A stretch of 35,052 nucleotides of DNA from Simkaniaceae bacterium (GTDB lineage: Bacteria > Chlamydiota > Chlamydiia > Chlamydiales > JAJFMI01). The notes under the pieces were generated by a model that saw only the letters and a program-made list of their open reading frames with translations, was not told the origin of the DNA and ran no database searches. The position numbers were made by a program, and so were the translations under genes. Where the stretch lies: positions 1 through 35,052 of the forward strand of contig JBBDIZ010000012.1 of assembly GCA_040880145.1 (NCBI GenBank), read 5' to 3'. Numbering within the stretch: position 1 is the first letter of the stretch; each line of letters opens with the position of its first letter. Of this stretch, positions 29,487 through 35,052 are shown one piece after another.

Positions 29487-30671
29487 TTACTTAATGATTT
29501 TTGAAACAGTACCCGCTCCGATAGTACGGCCGCCTTCACGGATCGCAAAGCGCATGCCCTCTTCCATTGCAACAGGAGAAAGAAGCTCACCTTCTAGCTC
29601 AACGTTGTCGCCCGGCATTACCATTTCTGTTCCCTCGGGAAGCTTTACAGTACCTGTTACGTCAGTCGTTCTGAAGTAGAACTGAGGACGATATCCAGTG
29701 AAGAAAGGCTTATGACGGCCCCCTTCTTCTTTTTTGAGTACGTAGACACTTCCTTTAAACTCAGTGTGAGGTTTACAGGTTCCGGGAGCTGCTAAGACCA
29801 TTCCGCGTTCAACATCTTTTTTATCGATACCGCGAAGAAGCACCCCTACGTTTTCACCGGCACGCGCTTCGTCGAGAAGTTTATTAAACATCTCAAGTCC
29901 GGTTGCAACCGTGTCGCGTGTATTCCCAAGGCCTACAATTTGGATTTTGTCGTTGACTTTGATAATTCCTTTTTCGACACGTCCTGTAACTACCGTTCCG
30001 CGACCGGAGATAGAAAAAACGTCCTCAATCGGCATTAGGAAAGGCTTGTCTACTTGGCGGACAGGCTCAGGAATATCATCGTCAACCATATTCATAAGCT
30101 CATCAATACTTTTTACATATTCTGCGTCACCCTCTAAGGCTTTCAAAGCAGAACCGCGAACGATTTTAGAATCTTTAAATCCATTGGCTTCTAGAAGTTC
30201 AGCAACTTCCATTTCAACGAGGTCGACGAGCTCTTCATCACCTGAGGCAACCTGGTCCATTTTGTTTAGGAAAACAACAATTTTAGGCACCCCGACTTGA
30301 CGAGCAAGAAGAACGTGCTCTTTGGTCTGAGGCATAGGGCCGTCAGTTGCTGCAACCACGAGAATCCCGCCGTCCATCTGAGCCGCACCTGTCACCATGT
30401 TTTTAACGTAGTCGGCGTGTCCGGGACAGTCAACGTGGGCGTAGTGTCTTTTTTCCGTTTCGTATTCAACGTGAGATGAATTGATCGTAATTCCGCGCTC
30501 TTTTTCCTCTGGAGCATTATCGATTGAGGCATAATCGCGGAAACTCGCCCCGCCCTTTTCCGCTAAGCGTTTTGTGATAGCTGCGGTTAGAGTTGTTTTT
30601 CCATGGTCGACGTGACCGATAGTACCAATATTTACGTGTGGCTTGGTTCTTTGAAACGCTTCCTTAGCCAT
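29487..30671 (-). CDS. tuf: Elongation factor Tu
   Basis: [41 protein letters not shown]. Confidence 0.99.
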   Translation of the reverse strand: MAKEAFQRTKPHVNIGTIGHVDHGKTTLTAAITKRLAEKGGASFRDYASIDNAPEEKERGITINSSHVEYETEKRHYAHVDCPGHADYVKNMVTGAAQMDGGILVVAATDGPMPQTKEHVLLARQVGVPKIVVFLNKMDQVASGDEELVDLVEMEVAELLEANGFKDSKIVRGSALKALEGDAEYVKSIDELMNMVDDDIPEPVRQVDKPFLMPIEDVFSISGRGTVVTGRVEKGIIKVNDKIQIVGLGNTRDTVATGLEMFNKLLDEARAGENVGVLLRGIDKKDVERGMVLAAPGTCKPHTEFKGSVYVLKKEEGGRHKPFFTGYRPQFYFRTTDVTGTVKLPEGTEMVMPGDNVELEGELLSPVAMEEGMRFAIREGGRTIGAGTVSKIIK

Positions 30672-30701
30672 TGTTCATTTCCTCCGAAATAATTTTTTAC
30701 T

Positions 30702-30773
<72 letters not shown>

Positions 30774-30785
30774 ATTTTCCTGCCG

Positions 30786-30843
30786 AGTCTATATACCACT
30801 TTCAAAAGGAGCAAAGTGTAAACTCTCGTTAAAAAAAATGCAA
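30786..30843 (-). promoter_or_regulatory. Two abutting sigma66/sigma70-type promoters for trnT-tuf
   Basis: P1 TTGCAT (30843-30838)-17-TACACT (30820-30815); P2 TTGCTC (30814-30809)-17-TAGACT (30791-30786). Confidence 0.65.
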
Positions 30844-30852
30844 GCAGTAAAT

Positions 30853-31074
30853 CTAGCGCTGCCGATAAACAATACGTGCTTTGCTGAGGTCATAGGGGGA
30901 AATCTCCACAGTGACCTTATCGCCCACTAGAACACGAATATTCCTCATCCGCATCTTGCCGCAGAGGTGGGCTAAAACCTTCATGCCATTTTCAAGCTCG
31001 ACACGAAAGGTCATATTGGGGAGCAGTTCCTCGATAACACCATCGAGTCGAATCGTATCTTCTTTTTTTGTCAT
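30853..31074 (-). CDS. infA: Translation initiation factor IF-1
   Basis: [52 protein letters not shown]. Confidence 0.98.
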   Translation of the reverse strand: MTKKEDTIRLDGVIEELLPNMTFRVELENGMKVLAHLCGKMRMRNIRVLVGDKVTVEISPYDLSKARIVYRQR

Positions 31075-31100
31075 TCAATTAACTCATTAACATTAGTAGC

Positions 31101-31129
31101 AGTATAGGAGCCCCTCTGTTTTTTTACAA
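31101..31129 (-). promoter_or_regulatory. Putative infA promoter
   Basis: TTGTAA (31129-31124)-17-TATACT (31106-31101). Confidence 0.65.
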
Positions 31130-31157
31130 GGAAGAAGTCTATTTAAAAGCATAAGAC

Positions 31158-31186
31158 TTGAATTTTAGCTTTCACGCTGCTAAACT
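31158..31186 (+). promoter_or_regulatory. Putative sufE promoter (leaderless geometry)
   Basis: TTGAAT (31158-31163)-17-TAAACT (31181-31186) with extended TG; ATG 7 nt downstream at 31194. Confidence 0.6.
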
Positions 31187-31193
31187 TTCGGCT

Positions 31194-31598
31194 ATGAATT
31201 TCGATCATGTGAAAAAATTATTCACCCCTCTTACCATGCCGGAGGAGCGGTATAAAAAAATTATTGAGCTAGGTTTTGCTCTTTCTCCTTACCCTCTTGA
31301 TAAGAAAACACCTGAGCACCTCGTGCCCGGTTGTCAAAGCACACTTTACCTTTTCACCTCTTTTCATGAGGATAAACTCAATTTTTTAGCCGACTCTGAT
31401 GCTCTCATCAGCCGAGGCCTAGCCGCATTACTCATCCTGGCCTATCGCGATTTTTCGATTAAGGATATTGTAACGCACCCTCCCCTCTTTCTTAAGGAGC
31501 TCAATCTTCTTTCCTCTCTCTCTCCAACGCGATCAAATGGTCTTTTAAGCCTCTACACGCTCATGCGATCTCAAGCCCTCTCTTTTATCAAAAACTAA
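31194..31598 (+). CDS. sufE: SufE-family sulfur-acceptor protein
   Basis: ERYKKIIELG, LVPGCQS (active Cys), DSDALISRGL, LSPTRSNGL; ATG 31194 preferred over TTG 31158. Confidence 0.9.
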   Translation: MNFDHVKKLFTPLTMPEERYKKIIELGFALSPYPLDKKTPEHLVPGCQSTLYLFTSFHEDKLNFLADSDALISRGLAALLILAYRDFSIKDIVTHPPLFLKELNLLSSLSPTRSNGLLSLYTLMRSQALSFIKN

Positions 31599-31606
31599 AT
31601 ACAGAG

Positions 31607-31635
31607 TTTACATATTCTTTACTTAATGCTAAAAT
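31607..31635 (+). promoter_or_regulatory. Near-consensus sigma66/sigma70 promoter of the Inc-like gene
   Basis: TTTACA (31607-31612)-17-TAAAAT (31630-31635) with extended TG; SD AGGAG at 31666-31670. Confidence 0.7.
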
Positions 31636-31678
31636 CTAAAAGAGTTTAGGACCCTTCACACACTTAGGAGAAAAATTT

Positions 31679-32920
31679 ATGATTTCAGAATTCACTAATT
31701 GGCTTTCAAGCTGGTTTTATTCCAACCCATCTGATGAGCCTCAGTCCAGCAGTTCTTCATCAAGTGATCAAGTCGGAAGAGAAATCGACCTAATCAAGGA
31801 TGATTCACCAGTAATAAATTCTTTATTCGAGAAAAATATTTATAATGAGACTTGGAGCGACTTTTCTTCCAATGGCTTTACAGAGGTAGATTGGAATACA
31901 CTTCTAAGCGGAGTTTTTACCGTTATTGAATGGGGAGTCATTATTCCTCTTTTTATCGCAATCACCATCCCGCTCGGTGCTCTTGTGATGATTAATGCGC
32001 CTTTTTACTTTCCTTTCTTCATTCTTTTTGCCGTTACCATTGCAAAATATGTAATCTATGATCACATCTGTATTCCTTTGAAAAATAGAGCGTACACATA
32101 CTCAGAACTTAGCAAACAGGAAGCTGAAATTCAAAAAATCTATCGTTACATCAAAGACCAAGACCAAGATTCCACTCTTGTCGACGAGTCTCTAAGGAAT
32201 AGCATTGACAATTCAGAGCTTTTTGATATTGATGGTTCTGATGATGACAAATTAAAAATTAAATCCAGAGCTATTTACCACGAGATAACTTCTAAATCCT
32301 ATTCTGATAAATATGACAAGCTTACTAATTCAGGAGATGAAAACAAAGAAATCAATCTTCAGCTTACTGGTCTATCAAATAGGTCTAATGAAATGATAGC
32401 GAATTACTATTTCTTATCAAAAGATCCTGAGTTTAAGCCTGATCAGGATTTATTAAAAAAAGTAGAGAATTTTTCTAATGAAGAAGTTGATGATTTTGAA
32501 AAATTTTTAAATGATTCAAAAAAGATAGAGTACACGAGAAGGAAAATCAAAGATCTGGCTGCTGATTACAGAAGTCAATGCGTTATGGACCTTGAAAACG
32601 CTTATCAAATTCAAGCAAATAAAGCACTTCTCCACAAAGTTTATGCCATCTATTGTAATACTGTTCTTGATGATGAAAATTTTCCTGATATTGATGCTCA
32701 GAGAAATAGTTTTAATTTTACAATTAATGATTATAAAACTCACAAAACTCTTGGTAATTCTACCTACTTCACTTTTAAACCTAGTCATAACGAAGATTTT
32801 CAATCATTGAATTTTTCTGATGTAAAGAATAGGGATTTCATTCAAAAGTTAAATGAAGAGCCAAATGACTTTAGCGAAGACGATGAGATAGATATAAATC
32901 TCATCAGTGACAACTCTTGA
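31679..32920 (+). CDS. Orphan protein with inclusion-membrane (Inc)-like architecture
   Basis: Ser-rich N-terminus, one ~50-aa bilobed hydrophobic block, long acidic helical C-terminal domain; clear SD and promoter; visibly AT-rich. Confidence 0.75.
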   Translation: MISEFTNWLSSWFYSNPSDEPQSSSSSSSDQVGREIDLIKDDSPVINSLFEKNIYNETWSDFSSNGFTEVDWNTLLSGVFTVIEWGVIIPLFIAITIPLGALVMINAPFYFPFFILFAVTIAKYVIYDHICIPLKNRAYTYSELSKQEAEIQKIYRYIKDQDQDSTLVDESLRNSIDNSELFDIDGSDDDKLKIKSRAIYHEITSKSYSDKYDKLTNSGDENKEINLQLTGLSNRSNEMIANYYFLSKDPEFKPDQDLLKKVENFSNEEVDDFEKFLNDSKKIEYTRRKIKDLAADYRSQCVMDLENAYQIQANKALLHKVYAIYCNTVLDDENFPDIDAQRNSFNFTINDYKTHKTLGNSTYFTFKPSHNEDFQSLNFSDVKNRDFIQKLNEEPNDFSEDDEIDINLISDNS

Positions 32921-34634
32921 TTATTGCAGTTGCTGCTGCAACTCTTATGAGATGAAAATTTTCTTTAAGCGCTTCAATAAGTAAAGGAAGCGCCTCTTCT
33001 GAGCCAATTGCAGCAAGGGCTTCAAGGATCATCAGCTTTGTCTGGTGATCCTCTTTTTTATAGAGTTGGCATAGTGTTTGAGTCGCTCTAGAATCCTTAG
33101 CAACAAGCGCTAATGCAAGAGCAGCTTTCAATTGAACTTCCGGGTCTTTATCTTCTAAAAAGTCCAATAAATACTCAAGGGAATGAGTTGTGCTCTCCTC
33201 AATAAGGGTTACCATAGCTTGCGCCCCAATACTAAAGTGACCCCCTCTTAGAAACTCCTTAATCTCGACCTCTGCTTTCTTATAACCGACAATCATCAGA
33301 AGAGAATAAAGCTCCAAACGTGTTCTATGATCGATAAATTCAGGATAGCGCGGCATGAAAGGGGTATGTCTTAAATGGGAGGGAGCAAGTGTCTGAAAAA
33401 GTGGAGGCCCCTCTGAGTCCAGCATGATAAACTCATGAGTATTTGATAGGAATTGGCTTAGAACTTTGCTAGCTTTTTGCGTCTTAGTTCTCTGGCTGAT
33501 CAGCCCTTTAGCAAGGGTTGCTTTTGCAAAAGGATCTTGGATCTTTTTCAAAGCCATCTGCATATCTTCCCTGGCATTTTGACCACTAAATGAGAGGACT
33601 GCTGCTGCTAAACGCTGCGTTTTTTCATCAGATGAAAAAAGATGCTTCTTAATTCGCTCACGAGCAGCCTGATCTTTTAAACGAATCCCCATCGATAGCG
33701 TCATCAGCTCAGATTGAAGAGGTTTTTTTCCGGCAGCCTGTTGAATCTGAGGATACTTATCTTTCAATTCAGAGTTTGGAAACAAAGTTAGGGCAAAAAG
33801 AGCTTGAAGACGAACTTCTAGTGATGGATCTTCAAGAAGTCCTATGAGTGAATCGATTTCAGAATAAGCCTTTAGATAAATCACGATTTGGCATCCAAGC
33901 ACTCGTAAAAAAATTCGCTTCGATACAAAGAGCTCCTTCAAGCTTTTCTCATCGATTGTTTCATACATCCGAACGAGGGCTTGATAGATCAGGCCGCGAT
34001 CATGAGGGTCAAGATCATTTCTCTCAAGGAGCATTTCAAGATAGGGCGCCGCCTCCTTTAAGTTCAGCTCACCAAAAGCTTGAATCAGGGCTCGACGCAC
34101 AAACTGGGATTTCTCCTTCCTTAGCATTCTAAGAAAAGTCTCTGTTAACATTGAGTCGCCATATTTTGCAGCACAAGATACAGCTAATGCCCGTATCATC
34201 TCATTGGTACTCTCCAACGCTCGAGAAATCGCAAGCGTTCCTCTTAAGTCTTGGGTGAAAAAAGCGCCAAGCAAGGAAGTTCCATGACTTGCAATTTGAG
34301 AGGAATTTTCGCTCTGCAGAATCACACCCCAAGCAATATTTTCAAGTATCGCTCTTTTTTCATGGGGCTGAAATCGTGTTTGATCAAGCAGTTCAAATTG
34401 TTTCAGTGCTAGATCCCAGTCGCCATTTAGAGAAGCAACTTTAATAAAAAGCTGATTGAGCTCTAAAGACTGAGGAGCAATTTTCAAGGCGCGGATTAAT
34501 TCACGATAGGCGGCTTTTTGATCCTCAATGATCAGATGCGCTTCGACACGCCGTTTCAATCCCTCTTCAGAAAGAGTGATGGGAGTGTAGTGAGCAAAAA
34601 GTGGAAAAAAGGCACTCAAAAATAAAAGCTTCAC
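32904..34634 (-). CDS. Exported HEAT-repeat protein (chlamydial conserved, CT384-like by position)
   Basis: Signal-like MKLLFLSAFFPLFA; repeated HEAT/PBS-like units (LLEDPSLEVRLQALFAL, FLEDKDPEVQLKAALAL, ILEALAAIGSEEALPLL); adjacent to the HIT gene. Confidence 0.8.
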   Translation of the reverse strand: MKLLFLSAFFPLFAHYTPITLSEEGLKRRVEAHLIIEDQKAAYRELIRALKIAPQSLELNQLFIKVASLNGDWDLALKQFELLDQTRFQPHEKRAILENIAWGVILQSENSSQIASHGTSLLGAFFTQDLRGTLAISRALESTNEMIRALAVSCAAKYGDSMLTETFLRMLRKEKSQFVRRALIQAFGELNLKEAAPYLEMLLERNDLDPHDRGLIYQALVRMYETIDEKSLKELFVSKRIFLRVLGCQIVIYLKAYSEIDSLIGLLEDPSLEVRLQALFALTLFPNSELKDKYPQIQQAAGKKPLQSELMTLSMGIRLKDQAARERIKKHLFSSDEKTQRLAAAVLSFSGQNAREDMQMALKKIQDPFAKATLAKGLISQRTKTQKASKVLSQFLSNTHEFIMLDSEGPPLFQTLAPSHLRHTPFMPRYPEFIDHRTRLELYSLLMIVGYKKAEVEIKEFLRGGHFSIGAQAMVTLIEESTTHSLEYLLDFLEDKDPEVQLKAALALALVAKDSRATQTLCQLYKKEDHQTKLMILEALAAIGSEEALPLLIEALKENFHLIRVAAATAIIKSCH

Positions 34635-34642
34635 ATGCCTTT

Positions 34643-34978
34643 TTATGCCATATCCTTCAGAGGTTTTCCACCGATTAAATGAAAATGAAGATGAAAAATG
34701 GTTTGACCTGCATCCGAGCCTACATTGGTCAGTAAACGATAGCCTTGCTCTACCTGAAATTTCCGAGCCATTTCCTGAGCAATTTCTCCCACTTCTGCGA
34801 GAATAGGTAAATTTTGATGATCGATTTCCTGAAAGCTTTTAAAAACTTGCTTAGGAATGATTAACAGATGAACCGGTGCTTTAGGGGCGATATCCTTGAT
34901 GACAATAAAACGCTCATTTTCAAAGACCTTTTCCGACGGGACTTCATTATTAATGATTTTTTGAAATAACGTGCTCAT
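34643..34978 (-). CDS. hinT: Histidine triad (HIT) nucleotide-binding protein
   Basis: TLFQKII, DIAPKAPVHLLIIPK, AGQTIFHLHFHLIGG (HxHxHxx); ATG 34978 preferred. Confidence 0.93.
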   Translation of the reverse strand: MSTLFQKIINNEVPSEKVFENERFIVIKDIAPKAPVHLLIIPKQVFKSFQEIDHQNLPILAEVGEIAQEMARKFQVEQGYRLLTNVGSDAGQTIFHLHFHLIGGKPLKDMA

Positions 34979-34988
34979 AAAAATGACA

Positions 34989-35026
34989 AGGTGGAGACCC
35001 ACGGCTTTAGTCGTGGGAGGAAACCT
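34989..35026. mobile_element. IS200/IS605-family-like subterminal hairpin (element end or non-autonomous remnant), possibly continuing beyond the window
   Basis: CCCACGGCT-TT-AGTCGTGGG (34998-35017) inside outer AGGT/ACCT; resembles the CCCACGACTTTAGTCGTGGG-type hairpins of tnpA/tnpB elements; no transposase in the window. Confidence 0.6.
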
Positions 35027-35052
35027 CGCTCCTTAAAGTTTTGTTTCGTATT

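Noticed and set aside
34979..35002. GTG start for the HIT gene at 35002
   Set aside because: It falls inside the IS-like hairpin; HIT family similarity starts at MSTLFQKII (34978).

Overview
A 35-kb core-chromosome segment of a Chlamydiota bacterium, most likely an environmental lineage outside Chlamydiaceae. The assignment rests on the chlamydial-type insertion before KMSKS in ValS, the V/A-type ATPase operon E-C-A-B-D-I-K without F/G, and a gene order matching my recollection of C. trachomatis CT302-CT325 (valS, lipoprotein, atp operon, tal, rpoC-rpoB-rplL-rplJ-rplA-rplK-nusG-secE-trnW-tuf-trnT-infA, sufE-like). Inserted into this backbone are an AgcS alanine/glycine symporter, a class I-alpha DAHP synthase, a NUDIX hydrolase, fumC, two small bitopic membrane proteins and two orphan proteins with Inc-like or translocator-like hydrophobic hairpins. 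The most interesting signals are those two orphans and several non-coding features: a heavily structured 485-bp rplL-rpoB spacer, a hairpin that sequesters the fumC Shine-Dalgarno just after atpK, extended -10 promoters 7-9 nt upstream of SD-less ATGs (leaderless mRNAs), a G-quadruplex-type hexamer repeat upstream of valS, and an IS200/IS605-type end hairpin at the right edge. No CRISPR array, rRNA, prophage or defence island is visible. All calls come from reading motifs by eye; no searches were run.
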